64,000 bases of DNA from Candidatus Marinacidobacterales bacterium (GTDB taxonomy: Bacteria > Acidobacteriota > Vicinamibacteria > Marinacidobacterales > SMYC01), in the NCBI GenBank assembly GCA_965224085.1, contig CBDCYI010000004.1, forward strand, positions 1,312,001 through 1,376,000, given 5' to 3'. Below, one piece after another: positions 18,714-29,650 of this stretch; the stretch's first letter is position 1, and the number at the start of each line of letters is the position of its first letter. The notes under the pieces were generated by a model that worked only from the letters and a program-made list of their open reading frames with translations, did not search any database and was not told the origin of the DNA. The position numbers and the translations under genes were made by a program.

Positions 18714-19628
18714 GTGCGCTTTTGGGTCTCGCGTCGTAGCGAAGTTCCGGTGCGGGAGCAGCTCGTTACCCAAATCTTGCTGGCGGTCAGCAGCAAAGAG
18801 CTCAAGGCCGGGACGAAGCTTCCGAGCACGCGCGCTCTGGCGCGGCAGCTGGGTATCCATCCGAACACCGTGAGTGCCGCCTATCGCGAGCTTTCGTCGC
18901 GGGGCTGGGTCGAGCTCCGCCAAGGTAGCGGCGCGTACGTGTCGCGGATGGCCGAGCGTCCGTGCCTCTCCGGCGATTTGGAGCTCGACGGGCTCATCAA
19001 CGAGTTCATGCAGAAGGCGCGGCGCCGAGGATTCTCGCTCGCCGAGATTCGCTCACGTGCGAAGCACTGGCTCGAGCTCCAACCGCCCGATCATCTATTG
19101 GTGGTGGAAGACGACGAGGAGCTTCGGACCATCCTCATCCGCGAGATCGAGGACGCGACGAGCTTCCCTGTGCGCGGCGTCTCGCAGCGCGTTTGTCAAG
19201 ACGACGGCCACTTCGTCGGAGCGCAGCCAGTCGCGCTCTACGGTCGAAGCGCGGATCTGCCCGGGCTCTTGCCCACGGATTTGTCATGTCTCTGGCTTCA
19301 GGTGCGCTCGGTGCAGCAAGAGCTCGTCAAGAGCTTCAAGCCGCTTCCCGCGGGCGGGAGTATCACCGTCGCGTCCCGGTGCTCAGAGTTCTTGGAGCGG
19401 GCACGCACCATGCTTCTCGCCGTGGGGTTCGATCCCGATGCTCTTCACTTCCTGGATGCGCGTAAGAAAGGTTGGGAACGAGGGCTGACGGTCGAGGATT
19501 TCTTGATCACCGACGCCGTGACCCAGGCGTCGCTCGTCGAAAAAAGACGCTTACGCGGCGTCACGTTCACCTTGCTGTCGGCAGAGGCTCTCGAGACGCT
19601 TCTAAAGTTCGTGAAGGGGATCCGGTAA
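18714..19628 (+). CDS. GntR (YtrA-like) regulator with an extended C-terminal region
   Basis: LPSTRALARQLGIHPNTVSAAYRELSSRGWV...GSGAYV. Confidence 0.85.
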   Translation: MRFWVSRRSEVPVREQLVTQILLAVSSKELKAGTKLPSTRALARQLGIHPNTVSAAYRELSSRGWVELRQGSGAYVSRMAERPCLSGDLELDGLINEFMQKARRRGFSLAEIRSRAKHWLELQPPDHLLVVEDDEELRTILIREIEDATSFPVRGVSQRVCQDDGHFVGAQPVALYGRSADLPGLLPTDLSCLWLQVRSVQQELVKSFKPLPAGGSITVASRCSEFLERARTMLLAVGFDPDALHFLDARKKGWERGLTVEDFLITDAVTQASLVEKRRLRGVTFTLLSAEALETLLKFVKGIR

Positions 19629-19735
19629 TCCTGTAAGCGACGTCGAGCGGCTCTTCTTTCTCGACGAGCTGACGCATGAGTTTCTTGACGCTACGCGCTC
19701 GGTCCCGTCCGTTAGTGAGAGCGGCAGACCGGCGC

Positions 19736-21310
19736 TTACGCGATCACGGAAGCGACCAGCCGCTGCGCTTCGCTCTGGATGAGGTGCAAATGGTCCTCGT
19801 CACGGAAACTCTCGGCATATAACTTGTAGATATCCTCGGTCCCTGAAGGCCGCGCGGCGAACCAACCATGCGCCGTCGAGACTTTGAGCCCACCGATCGG
19901 CGCACCGTTTCCGGGTGCTTCGCTCAGCATCTGAGTGATCGGATCGCCCGCAAGCTCCTGCGCATCCACTTGCTTCGGCGAGAGGCGCTCGAGCTTGGAC
20001 TTTTGCTCGCGCGTGGCCGGGGCGTCGATGCGCCCGTAAATGGGCTCGCCGAACTCCGCCGTCAAAGCACGATAGAGCTCGCCCGGGTCCTTCTCCGTCC
20101 GCGCCATCATCTCGGCAGCGAGAAGCCCCATGATGATGCCATCCTTGTCCGTCGTCCAGACGCCGCCGTCCCGTCTCAGGAACGAGGCCCCCGCGCTTTC
20201 CTCGCCTCCGAAGCCGAGCGAGCCATCGAGAAGACCGCTCACAAACCACTTGAAACCCACAGGCACTTCGACGAGCTGACGGCCGAGCCGCGACGCCACC
20301 CGGTCGATGATGGCGCTCGAGACGAGCGTTTTGCCGATCGCCGTTTCGTCCTTCCAGTCGCGACGGCCAAAAAGATAGTCGATGCTCACGGCGAGAAAGT
20401 GATTCGGGTTCATGAGCCCCATACTCCGCGTCACGATGCCGTGACGATCGGTGTCGGTGTCATTCGCGAAGGCGACGTCGAACCGATCGCGCAGCTCGAT
20501 GAGCTTCGCCATGGCATAGGGCGACGAGCAGTCCATGCGAATCTTCCCGTCACGATCGAGCGTCATGAAACCGAAAGTGGGGTCGACAGCATCGTTCACG
20601 ACTTCGATGTCTAGCTTGTACTTATCCGCGATCGGCGCCCAGTAGCCGACACCCGCACCGCCGAGAGGATCGACACCGATGCGGATACCGGCACCGCGGA
20701 TTGCGGCCATGTCGACGACGGCCCCGAGCTCGCTCACATAGGCATCGACGTAATCGTACACCTGTGCATTGATGTCCGTCCGTCGAATCTCGTCGTTCAA
20801 CAGTTGATTCGCGCGCTTTTCGACCCAGCTCGTCACGTCAGTGTCGGCCGGACCGCCATGCGTAGGATTGTACTTGAAGCCGCCGTCTTCCGGCGGGTTG
20901 TGCGACGGCGTGATGACGATACCGTCGGCCCCGTCGGCCCCGAGAATGGCGTGCGAGATGACGGGCGTCGGCGTGAAGCCACCGTCGCGATCGACCCGCA
21001 CATCCACCCCGTTCGCGGCAAGCACTTCGAGGGCGCTCACGCGGGCGGGCTCGGAGAGCGCATGGGTATCGACGCCTAGAAAAAGAGGCCCATCGATGCC
21101 TTGCGCCGAGCGGAACTCGCAGATCGCTTGGGACGTCGCGAGAATATGTGCCTCGTTGAAGCTTCCTTTGAGGGAGGAGCCGCGGTGGCCCGACGTGCCG
21201 AAAGCAACAGGCTCACTCGGGGTCGCTTCGTGATAAGCGGACACGAGCTCGTCGACATCGACGAGGTGCGACGGGTCCGCCGGCTTTCCCGCCCCCGGAT
21301 GAACGCTCAC
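19736..21310 (-). CDS. pgm: Phosphoglucomutase (alpha-D-glucose phosphate-specific)
   Basis: [17 protein letters not shown] (phospho-Ser), [20 protein letters not shown]; GTG start 21310. Confidence 0.95.
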   Translation of the reverse strand: MSVHPGAGKPADPSHLVDVDELVSAYHEATPSEPVAFGTSGHRGSSLKGSFNEAHILATSQAICEFRSAQGIDGPLFLGVDTHALSEPARVSALEVLAANGVDVRVDRDGGFTPTPVISHAILGADGADGIVITPSHNPPEDGGFKYNPTHGGPADTDVTSWVEKRANQLLNDEIRRTDINAQVYDYVDAYVSELGAVVDMAAIRGAGIRIGVDPLGGAGVGYWAPIADKYKLDIEVVNDAVDPTFGFMTLDRDGKIRMDCSSPYAMAKLIELRDRFDVAFANDTDTDRHGIVTRSMGLMNPNHFLAVSIDYLFGRRDWKDETAIGKTLVSSAIIDRVASRLGRQLVEVPVGFKWFVSGLLDGSLGFGGEESAGASFLRRDGGVWTTDKDGIIMGLLAAEMMARTEKDPGELYRALTAEFGEPIYGRIDAPATREQKSKLERLSPKQVDAQELAGDPITQMLSEAPGNGAPIGGLKVSTAHGWFAARPSGTEDIYKLYAESFRDEDHLHLIQSEAQRLVASVIA

Positions 21311-21538
21311 CGACTCACCAAGCTCCCGCACCGATCTCGAAAATTAGATATGTGTCGCCGAACGTATCGCTCCAGCGCAACGGCGAGCAGAGTGAGGACC
21401 GAGAACCGCATTCGAAGTGATCTTACAGCAACAGGCTCCAGATGGGCCGCGCATTCGGGACGGTCTCGAGCTGTCTCGATCGTGACTTCGTGAGAGCTGG
21501 CGAGATCGCTAGACAGATGAGCGCAGGGACCTATCGAG

Positions 21539-23053
21539 CTACCGAGCTTTCATGTGCAGGTCGACATTGTCCAGGTCGATCTTTGCCGCCTCCGCGTAGA
21601 GTACGCGAGCGCGGTGGGCGAGACCCATCCTCTCGTAGAGCTCCGCGAGCCCCGTCAGACATTCGACGTCGAACCGGTCCGCGCCGAGCGCCGTTTTGAA
21701 GTGCTCTTCGGCGCTCTTTCTCCACCTCGGGTTCCTCGCGAGTGCCTGGGCAAGGAGGCAGTGGTAGCGAACCTTTCCCGGATCAAGCTCGACGGCCTCT
21801 TCCATGAGCTTCACCACTTCGTGGAAATCGCGTTTCGCGAAATACCTCCTGGCCTCCCGGTAGTAGCCATCCGCCACCTTCTCGGACCGGCTCGGCGGCG
21901 CCGTTGCCTCGGAGGGTAGCACTCTGAGGGTTGCGGGGACCGCTTCGCCCTTGGGGGCCTCCGTTCGGAGGGAATTGTCATAACGACGCCTGGACGGGAG
22001 CTTACCGAGGGTTTCGTGTGCACGCGTCACTTTCGCGACGATGTCTTCGAGCTTTTTGCTCAAAGTGTCGAGGAGCTTCGAGCGATGCCGATCGGGGTGG
22101 TACTTCTTGAGGAGCCTTGAAAACGCCTTCTTGATGTGGCGGGTGCTCGCGGTCTTGCCAACTTCGAGCCAGTCGTAAAAGGTCCCCGTCGAGAGCGACG
22201 CGTGCTTCGCTTCGATCTCTTCTCGAACCCACTGCTCTTCTGTGCTCAAAGCGCCGGCTTCTTCGGGGGCAGGCTTGCTCAGCGCGATCGCCGGCTTTTC
22301 ATGAAAGAGCTCCAGCGGCTGGAGCCGCTGCTCCGAAGGAGCGACTTCGCGCGTCTTGCTCCCGAACTCGAGGAATCCGGCCGAAAGCAGACCGTGGAGG
22401 CAACGAAGCGTCTTGTCCTCCGTGAGGGGCGAGATGCATACAATCTCGTCGAGCGAAGCAGCACCGTCGACGCGCGAGAGCACGAAGCCCTCTTGGGGTG
22501 TCAGTTTCGCGTAATGAGCGATCACGTACGGATCTTTCGAATAGCTCACGGGGCGCCCCCGATCGCCCAAGGCCTTGCGCACCGCCTCGGGCTCCATGCG
22601 CCGCGTGCCCTCGAGAATGATGGGCACGGTGGGCAGATCCAGAAGCGCCTCCCGCTTGACGGGGCTCCGCTGGGACTCGAATCGAAACGCGCCCTCTTCC
22701 CAAGTGAACAACGAATGGATGATCTCCCGGATCTGTTCTTCGAGCCGGGCCTTCACCTGAACCGCCGACATGAGACCGAGTGAGACAACGGTCATGCCGA
22801 GCCGCTCGCGACGCGCTCTCATCTTGTTCGACACGAGTGCGAGATTGGCGCGCGAAAGCTCCCCCTTTCGTACGAGCAGCTCGCCCAGCCGATCGGTGTA
22901 AAGGGTCGAACGCGCGAAAACCATCGAGCCGCGGCCGAAGTAGATCTGCTTTTTGACGTCATCCTGCGTCACTTGCAAGATACCGTTTCCTCGCTCGCGG
23001 CCGAACGTCTGTAGCAGGTCGGGTAAGCAAGCCTGAGAGAGATTTCCATGCAT
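21539..23053 (-). CDS. DUF4388 + J-domain + TPR protein
   Basis: GNLSQACLPDLLQ/RLGELLV/LFTWEEGAFRF N-terminus; YHPD J-domain motif; C-terminal TPRs. Confidence 0.82.
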   Translation of the reverse strand: MHGNLSQACLPDLLQTFGRERGNGILQVTQDDVKKQIYFGRGSMVFARSTLYTDRLGELLVRKGELSRANLALVSNKMRARRERLGMTVVSLGLMSAVQVKARLEEQIREIIHSLFTWEEGAFRFESQRSPVKREALLDLPTVPIILEGTRRMEPEAVRKALGDRGRPVSYSKDPYVIAHYAKLTPQEGFVLSRVDGAASLDEIVCISPLTEDKTLRCLHGLLSAGFLEFGSKTREVAPSEQRLQPLELFHEKPAIALSKPAPEEAGALSTEEQWVREEIEAKHASLSTGTFYDWLEVGKTASTRHIKKAFSRLLKKYHPDRHRSKLLDTLSKKLEDIVAKVTRAHETLGKLPSRRRYDNSLRTEAPKGEAVPATLRVLPSEATAPPSRSEKVADGYYREARRYFAKRDFHEVVKLMEEAVELDPGKVRYHCLLAQALARNPRWRKSAEEHFKTALGADRFDVECLTGLAELYERMGLAHRARVLYAEAAKIDLDNVDLHMKAR

Positions 23054-23186
23054 GGCACCACCTCGTAACGGTGATCGAACTCACTGTTGTAGCTCGATCT
23101 TAAGGCTGGGCCGGCGAAAAACCTGTGACGCACGGCGTGGGGATTAAAGGACAGGAAAATGGGGGACAAACCACCCGAGGGTAATG

Positions 23187-23252
23187 TGTCGACGTCGACG
23201 AGCTGCAACTGTTCCGCCGGCTTTCCCGCCACGGATGAACGCTCACCGACTC
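23187..23252 (-). repeat. Degenerate, frameshifted copy of the pgm 5' end
   Basis: Shares GAGTCGGTGAGCGTTCATCCG with the pgm start region (about 21296-21316) and encodes VSVHP/AGKPAEQLQLVDVDTL. Confidence 0.7.
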
Positions 23253-24454
23253 TAAGCGAAACGGCTCAACAAGAAGAGCGCGTCCTTGTTGCGCTCACGC
23301 AGTACTTGGGAAGCGACGCGTTCGCCAAAAGCGGGGCCGTGCTTGAAGCCGTGGCCCGAGCCTCCACCGAAGATCCAGACATGGTCCGCTTTCGGATGCT
23401 GGTCGACGATGAAATCGCCATCTAGCGAGCTCTCGTATTGGCACACTTTGGAGCCGACGAGCGGCGCGCCTTTTAGCGCCGGGAAACGCTGATCCATGTA
23501 ACGACGGGCCTGGTCGACGAGCTCGGGGGTGACGCTGCGGTTGCCATCCGTCGGGTCGAAGGTCGGCGCGCTCGGCGTCCCGCCCGCGACTTTGAACCCG
23601 CGCCACTCGTTCCCCGGAATGCCGTAATAGCTCGGGCTGAGCGCGCCGTCGAGAAAGCAAGGCATCTGTGACTCGCCGAAGCGTGCATCGCCCGCGGCCG
23701 TCCCGAAGAAGAAAACTTCTTGCCGGTTGGGCCGGATGCGCTCGCCGATGGTCTCGGGGAACAGCTTCCCGAGCCATGGGCCGCAGGCAAAGACATATTG
23801 GTCCGCGAGCTGGTAGGTACCGTCGGAGAGAAACAACCCTTCCGGGAGCCCGACTTCGAGATCGGTCGGCTTCACCGCGAGCTGGCGATAGGTGCCGCCC
23901 TCTGCGATGAAGGACTCGAGCACTGCTTGGCACGCGCGCCGCGCCAGCAGGTAGCCGGCGTCGTGCTCGTAAAGAGCCCAGCCGACACCGTCCATGTTGA
24001 TTTGCGGGAATCGCTTCCCCGCTTCGGACGGCGTAAGCTCTTCGATCTCGAGACCCGCGCCTTTGAGAAGCGGCACTGCGCTCTTTGCGTAGGACGCATC
24101 TTTTCTCAGACGCAGCGAGCCGCATTGGAAGAGCAGCTTCTTGTTCCACCGCTTTTCGTTGTCACGCCAGAGCTCGAGCGCACGCGCCACGAGCTCGACG
24201 TACATTTTCTGGTCACCGTAGGAGGCACGGATGACCCGCGTCTCACCGCCCGAGCTCGCGCGGGCGTGTCCCGGGCCCCACGCGTCGACCAGGGTCACGC
24301 GCGCACCTCTTCGAAGAAGCGACAGCGCCGTCCACCCACCAAAGACGCCGGCCCCGACGACCACGATATGCTGCGCCTGCGCCGCTCGGACGCGCACGCT
24401 CCCGACTGCGACGAGCGCCCCGCTCGATTTCAAGAAGCTCCGTCTCGTGATCAT
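23252..24454 (-). CDS. Tat-exported FAD-dependent oxidoreductase (monomeric sarcosine oxidase/SolA-like)
   Basis: MITRRSFLK Tat motif; VVGAGVFG; SSGGETRVIR; VCQYE; GGSGHGFKHGP. Confidence 0.85.
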   Translation of the reverse strand: MITRRSFLKSSGALVAVGSVRVRAAQAQHIVVVGAGVFGGWTALSLLRRGARVTLVDAWGPGHARASSGGETRVIRASYGDQKMYVELVARALELWRDNEKRWNKKLLFQCGSLRLRKDASYAKSAVPLLKGAGLEIEELTPSEAGKRFPQINMDGVGWALYEHDAGYLLARRACQAVLESFIAEGGTYRQLAVKPTDLEVGLPEGLFLSDGTYQLADQYVFACGPWLGKLFPETIGERIRPNRQEVFFFGTAAGDARFGESQMPCFLDGALSPSYYGIPGNEWRGFKVAGGTPSAPTFDPTDGNRSVTPELVDQARRYMDQRFPALKGAPLVGSKVCQYESSLDGDFIVDQHPKADHVWIFGGGSGHGFKHGPAFGERVASQVLRERNKDALFLLSRFA

Positions 24455-24518
24455 GTCGTCCTCCGGACGCAACCTAAGCTATTATGAGTCGTTTGCCAAG
24501 CGTCCAGGAGGAAAGTGA

Positions 24519-25670
24519 ATGCGTTTCGCCACCAAGCAGATTCATGCCGGCGTCGAGCCCGATCCCACTACGGGATCCATTCTTACACCCATCTACCAAT
24601 CGACGACTTATGTGCAGGAATCTGTCGACCGGTATCTCGAGAAAGGTTATTCGTACTCGCGCTCGGGAAACCCGACGGTGCAAGCGCTCGACAAGAAACT
24701 CGCGGAGCTCGAAGGGGGGGCAGCCTGCGCTAGCTTCGGGACGGGCATGGCCGCGATCCAAGCAGTGCTCCTCGCCTTTCTGAACGCCGGAGACCACGCG
24801 GTTGTCTCCGACGTGGCCTATGGCGGCACCTACCGCCTGTGCACGAAAGTCTTCACCCGCTTCGGCGTCGAGTTCACGTTCGCGGACACGTCCGACCCCG
24901 AAGACGTGAAGAAGAGCATGCGCGACGAAACAAACCTCATCCTGACCGAGACCCCGGCCAACCCGACTCTCAAGCTCACGGACATCGCCGCAGTCTCCGC
25001 GATCGCAAAGGAGCACGGCGTCCCCCATGCGATCGACAACACGTTCTTGACACCTTACTACCAGCGCCCCATCGAGCTCGGCGCCGATCTCGTCGTCCAT
25101 AGCACGACGAAATATCTCGACGGCCACAACGCTACCGTGGGCGGCGCCGTCGTGAGCGCGACCGACGAGCTTCACGAGAAAGTGGTTTTCGTACAAAACG
25201 CGTCCGGGGCGATCATGTCGCCGCAAGTTGCTTGGCTCACACTCCAAGGATGCAAAACGCTCACCGTGCGCATGGACGCGCAGTCCGCAAACGCATTGGC
25301 TATCGCGAAATTCCTCGAAGCACATCCCAAGGTCGGAACGGTCCGCTATCCGGGACTTCCATCCCACCCGCAGCACGAGCTCGCGACGCGCCAGGCGAGC
25401 GGCTACGGTGCGATGGTGTGGTTCGAGGTGGAAGGCGGCGTGGCCGCTGGAAAGGCCATCATGGATTCTCTCGAGCTTTGGACACTCGCGGAGAACCTCG
25501 GCTCGGTCGAGTCACTCGTTACCCATCCGGTCACGATGACCCATGCCGATGTCGAGGAAGCCGAGCGCAAGCGCGTCAGGATCACGGACGGTCTCGTGCG
25601 GCTTTCCGTCGGTCTCGAAGATGCGCAGGACTTGATCGACGACCTCAAAAAGGCGCTCGAGAAAGTCTAG
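24519..25670 (+). CDS. Cys/Met metabolism PLP enzyme (cystathionine gamma-synthase/lyase)
   Basis: YSRSGNPT, ETPANP, DNTF, HSTTKY (PLP Lys), LAENLGSVESL, RLSVGLE. Confidence 0.92.
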   Translation: MRFATKQIHAGVEPDPTTGSILTPIYQSTTYVQESVDRYLEKGYSYSRSGNPTVQALDKKLAELEGGAACASFGTGMAAIQAVLLAFLNAGDHAVVSDVAYGGTYRLCTKVFTRFGVEFTFADTSDPEDVKKSMRDETNLILTETPANPTLKLTDIAAVSAIAKEHGVPHAIDNTFLTPYYQRPIELGADLVVHSTTKYLDGHNATVGGAVVSATDELHEKVVFVQNASGAIMSPQVAWLTLQGCKTLTVRMDAQSANALAIAKFLEAHPKVGTVRYPGLPSHPQHELATRQASGYGAMVWFEVEGGVAAGKAIMDSLELWTLAENLGSVESLVTHPVTMTHADVEEAERKRVRITDGLVRLSVGLEDAQDLIDDLKKALEKV

Positions 25671-25728
25671 TAGGGTGCTGAAAAAGTCACCTGCACCCTG
25701 CTGCTCGCAACGCTCCCCCGGCCCGCCC

Positions 25729-27679
25729 CTTAAGCGGAGCTTCCGCCGGCTAGACGCATGTAAACCCGTACGTTTAAAGCAGATGTGGCCGTTCTAAGTG
25801 TAATCAGTACGCATGTAATAATAACGGTATGGTTGATAATGCTGATTAGATCCTGTATAGTCGGCGCATGTACATCGCCAAGGTGCCGAACCGTAACTCG
25901 CCCCCAGCGATTCTCATTCGCGAAAGCTACCGCGAAGGCGGTAAGCCCAAAACGAGGACCGTCGCCAACATCTCGAAGTGGAAGCCCGCTCGAATTGAAG
26001 CTCTTCGCCAGTTGCTGAAGGGCAACGTGGATTTGGGTGAGGCTCAGCAATTCGAGATCACCAGAAGCAAACCTCACGGACATGTTGCGGCCGTGCTGGG
26101 AACGCTGCGCAAAGTTGGCCTCGAGCGAATCATCCATAGCCGCCAGCGCCGAGAGCGTGACCTCGTGGTGGCGATGATTGTGGCGCGAATCGTAGAGCCG
26201 GGCTCCAAGTTGGCCACGGCCCGTGGTCTATCGAAACAGACCTTGACTTCGTCTTTGGGTGAGTGTGTTGGAGTTGAAGACTCCAACGAGGATGAGTTGT
26301 ATGAGGCCCTGGATTGGCTTTTGAGCCGCCAAGCTGCCATAGAGAAGAAACTGGCGAAACGCCATCTGCAGCAGGGCAGCTTGGTTCTCTACGACTTGAC
26401 GTCGACTTGGGTGGAAGGTCGGTCGTGCCCTCTGGCGAAGCTCGGTTACTCGAGAGACGGCAAGAAAAACAAACTGCAGATCGTGTTCGGCTTACTGTGT
26501 GAGCGTAATGGTCGGCCGGTCGGGGTAGAGGTGTTCGAAGGCAACACCGGAGATCCCGCAACACTGGGGAGCCAAATTCGCAAAGTCCGAGAACGTTTTG
26601 AGCTTGACAATATCGTCTTCGTAGGTGACCGAGGGATGATCACCGAAGCTCGGATTCGCGAGGAACTTCGACCAGAGGAAGGTCTCGAGTGGATCAGCTC
26701 ACTTCGTGCCCCGCAGATTCAGCGACTTGCAAAAGACGGAATGCTACAGCCTTCTCTGTTCGATGAGGTCGACCTAGCGGAGATCCATCATCCTAACTTT
26801 CCTGGTGAGCGACTCATTGCTTGTCGCAACCCTCTTCTTGCTGCCGAGCGGGCACGGAAACGGGAAGAGATGCTTGTGTCGACGGAGTCGAAGCTAGAAG
26901 TGATTCGCAAAGCGACGAAGCGAGACCAGCGTCCTTTGCGAGGCAAAGATACCATCGGCATACGATTGGGTCGAGTGTTCGCTCGGAGCAAGATGGGCAA
27001 GCACTTTCGCTACACCATTACGGACGACAGCTTCGACTTCGAGCGCGACAACGATAACATCGAGCGTGAGGCGACCCTCGACGGTATCTATATCATTCGT
27101 ACAAGCCTCACCGAAGAGGCCATCTCCGCAGACGAAGCTGTCAAGACCTACAAAGGCTTGGCAGTCGTTGAACGCGCTTTTCGTTGCTGCAAAACCGTGG
27201 ATTTGAAAGTACGGCCCATCTATCACTACAACGCTGAGCGAGTTCGAGCTCACATCTTTCTTTGCATGCTCGCCTACTACGTGGAATGGCACATGCGAAA
27301 AGCCCTCGCCCCGATCTTGTTTGACGACGACGACACTGACGGTGCCCAAGCCAAACGCTCATCCATCGTCAGCCCAGCAACGTCTTCAGACTCCGCCCAG
27401 GCAAAGGCTTCTACCAAGAAGTCTCCCGATGGGTTGCCCGTCCACAGTTTCAGAACGCTTCTTTCTGATCTTGCTACGGTCACGAAAAATCAAGTCGAAA
27501 ACGACGCCCGCGGCCTGTCCTTCGTCAGCGTTACTCGCCCTACACCCTTGCAGCACAAAGCATTCAACCTCCTCGGAATCAATCCCCGCACGATGTAAGC
27601 AGTACACACGCCTCTCTTAAAAAACAAGACTAATGATGCCAACACTTACGCTTGTTCATCTGTGGAAGTTCCGCTTAAG
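25729..27679 (+). mobile_element. IS1634-family insertion sequence
   Basis: Ends cttaagcggagcttcc and ggaagttccgcttaag form a 16-bp inverted repeat with 1 mismatch. The outer palindromic CTTAAG may be the target duplication. Confidence 0.88.
25868..27598 (+). CDS. IS1634-family transposase
   Basis: LYDLTSTWVEG, GYSRDGK, VFVGDRGMI, YKGLAVVERAFR, RPIYH, RVRAHIFLCMLAY. Confidence 0.93.
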   Translation: MYIAKVPNRNSPPAILIRESYREGGKPKTRTVANISKWKPARIEALRQLLKGNVDLGEAQQFEITRSKPHGHVAAVLGTLRKVGLERIIHSRQRRERDLVVAMIVARIVEPGSKLATARGLSKQTLTSSLGECVGVEDSNEDELYEALDWLLSRQAAIEKKLAKRHLQQGSLVLYDLTSTWVEGRSCPLAKLGYSRDGKKNKLQIVFGLLCERNGRPVGVEVFEGNTGDPATLGSQIRKVRERFELDNIVFVGDRGMITEARIREELRPEEGLEWISSLRAPQIQRLAKDGMLQPSLFDEVDLAEIHHPNFPGERLIACRNPLLAAERARKREEMLVSTESKLEVIRKATKRDQRPLRGKDTIGIRLGRVFARSKMGKHFRYTITDDSFDFERDNDNIEREATLDGIYIIRTSLTEEAISADEAVKTYKGLAVVERAFRCCKTVDLKVRPIYHYNAERVRAHIFLCMLAYYVEWHMRKALAPILFDDDDTDGAQAKRSSIVSPATSSDSAQAKASTKKSPDGLPVHSFRTLLSDLATVTKNQVENDARGLSFVSVTRPTPLQHKAFNLLGINPRTM

Positions 27680-27759
27680 AATGCCCCGACGACACGCCGG
27701 GCGAGCTCGGCGCAAGTTCAAGAGAGAGCGAGCATTAAGCACTAGAAAAGCCAACAGCT

Positions 27760-28236
27760 TTATTCGATGCGTTCGGTTCGCGTCTTGTTGCCTTCGGCAT
27801 CCCTCCAGAAGCGCTCGCCTTCGGCTTTGACGAGACCGATGCCACGGGCGTACCACTCGATAACGTCCTCGCCATATTCGGTGCCTGAATAGTCCATGCG
27901 CAGCATGTACCGGCGGATCTTCAGACAGTCCTCGTAGTCTTTCCAAGCTTCCACGACGAGAAGCTCTGCTTCGAAGTAGTGGGCGCCCACGTCCCGCTTC
28001 TCGCCGTCGACGCGCAGGACGAAGCGACGCTGGCTCGTGTGCACCTCGCCTACCGTCATGATGACGGGAAGGAGCACCACCGGCCTTTCGTAGTGGAGGG
28101 TGCCACCATCTGGCGAGGCGCTTTCTCGAAGGAGCAGGCCTACCTCCGGGTCGAAGTCCGGGGCCTCTCCGACATAGAGCGCGAGGGAGACGTCTACGAG
28201 GGCGAGAACAAGGGCGGCGGCAATCACGCGCTTCAT
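27760..28236 (-). CDS. Secreted hypothetical protein
   Basis: Signal peptide; C-terminal EWYARGIGLVK beta-rich motif. Confidence 0.65.
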   Translation of the reverse strand: MKRVIAAALVLALVDVSLALYVGEAPDFDPEVGLLLRESASPDGGTLHYERPVVLLPVIMTVGEVHTSQRRFVLRVDGEKRDVGAHYFEAELLVVEAWKDYEDCLKIRRYMLRMDYSGTEYGEDVIEWYARGIGLVKAEGERFWRDAEGNKTRTERIE

Positions 28237-28493
28237 TTTACCCCGTTGCCGGAGCGTGTGCGAGGCTAGCGGGCTACCGATGCGGCAGCCAACGCCATTC
28301 TAGATCAGCTGAACCAGTGGGGAGTGAGGCGGCGTTGGACACTCGATGAGAACCTCCGTCCGATCGACGTGCGCTACCGTGACAAAAGGTAGTTCATCTT
28401 GACGACAAGGCGGCGATCTTGCTCGGGCGTCACTTTGGTTTCGATCGATTCATCAGGAGCTGATAGAATTCCGCGCCAGAGATCGAGAGGTCA

Positions 28494-29532
28494 ATGACCA
28501 TGCACAGCACTCTTTTTAAAACCGTGGGTGTCGTCGCGACGATTCTCGTTGCAGCCTGCACCGACCGAGTCCGTTCAATGCGTGACGACGAATCCAGAGA
28601 CGAAAGCAATATCTTGTTGACGGAGAGTTACGGACAAGACGTCCGGCGAGCATATCGGCGTCTGGTATCTCGACCCCTATGCTCGACCAGGAAAACGCTC
28701 CGGAGCCTGGGCGACCACCTATCGCAGCCACGAGACGTTCGACGGCAAGAAGACGGTGCTCGGTTCGAACAACTCGAACTTTATCAAAGGAGCACTTGGG
28801 GAGCCGGTGCTCGTTTCCTGGGACGATGCCGAAACGCTGTTCCACGAGTTCGGCCACGCGCTGCACTATTTCTCGTCGACCGTCGAATATCCCACGCTCA
28901 ATAGCGGCGTGCGGGACTACACGGAGTTTCAGTCGCAGCTTCTGGAGCGGTGGCTACTGACGGACGCGGTGATCGAGACTTACCTCGTTCACCATGAAAC
29001 GGGCGAGTCGATCCCGGAAGAGCTCGTGGCGAAGATCAAGAAGGCTTCGACGTTCAACCAAGGCTTCGAGACGACGGAGTATCTCGCTTCCGCGCTCGTG
29101 GACATGAAATATCACACCACCGATCCGACGGGCATCGACCCCGACGCTTTCGAGCGCGATGCGCTTTTGGAGCTGAGCATGCCGAGCGAGGTCGTGATGC
29201 GGCACCGAAGCCCGCATTTCGGGCACATCTTCTCCGGCGAGGGCTATTCGGCCGGCTACTACGGCTACCTATGGGCTGACGTGCTCACGTCCGATGCTGC
29301 TGAGGCCTTCCAAGAGGCGCCGGGCGGCTTTTACGACAAGGACATGGCGAAGAAACTCGACGACCATTTGTTTGCCGTACGCAACGCGGTCGACCCGGAC
29401 GACGCCTATCGCGCTTTCCGCGGTCGCGATGCCCGGATCGACGCGCTCATGAGAGACCGCGGCTTTCCCGTCCCGGGCGAAAAGGGGAACGCATCCACAG
29501 AGTCGCAGGCCGGACCGATCTCAGGACGCTGA
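28494..29532 (+). pseudogene. dcp: M3 peptidase (peptidyl-dipeptidase Dcp-like lipoprotein) with a large internal deletion
   Basis: Lipoprotein signal (LVAAC) and NILLTE are joined out of frame at about 28620 to YLDPYARPGKRSGAW...FHEFGHALH...HIFSGEGYSAGYY...FRGRD. Confidence 0.82.
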
Positions 29533-29650
29533 GCGACGCTTCTGAATACCATCGGCTTGGTAACACTATCCTCAAACAACTCGTTCCGGGAAGAGTCGCT
29601 CGCTCGAGGCGCTGATAGATTCACGTGACCGCCGCGCGTCGGCCTACGAG

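Noticed and set aside
25671-25728. AGGGTGCTGAAAAAGTC, resembling an IS5/IS1182/MITE end
   Set aside because: No matching partner end or TSD was found in the window.
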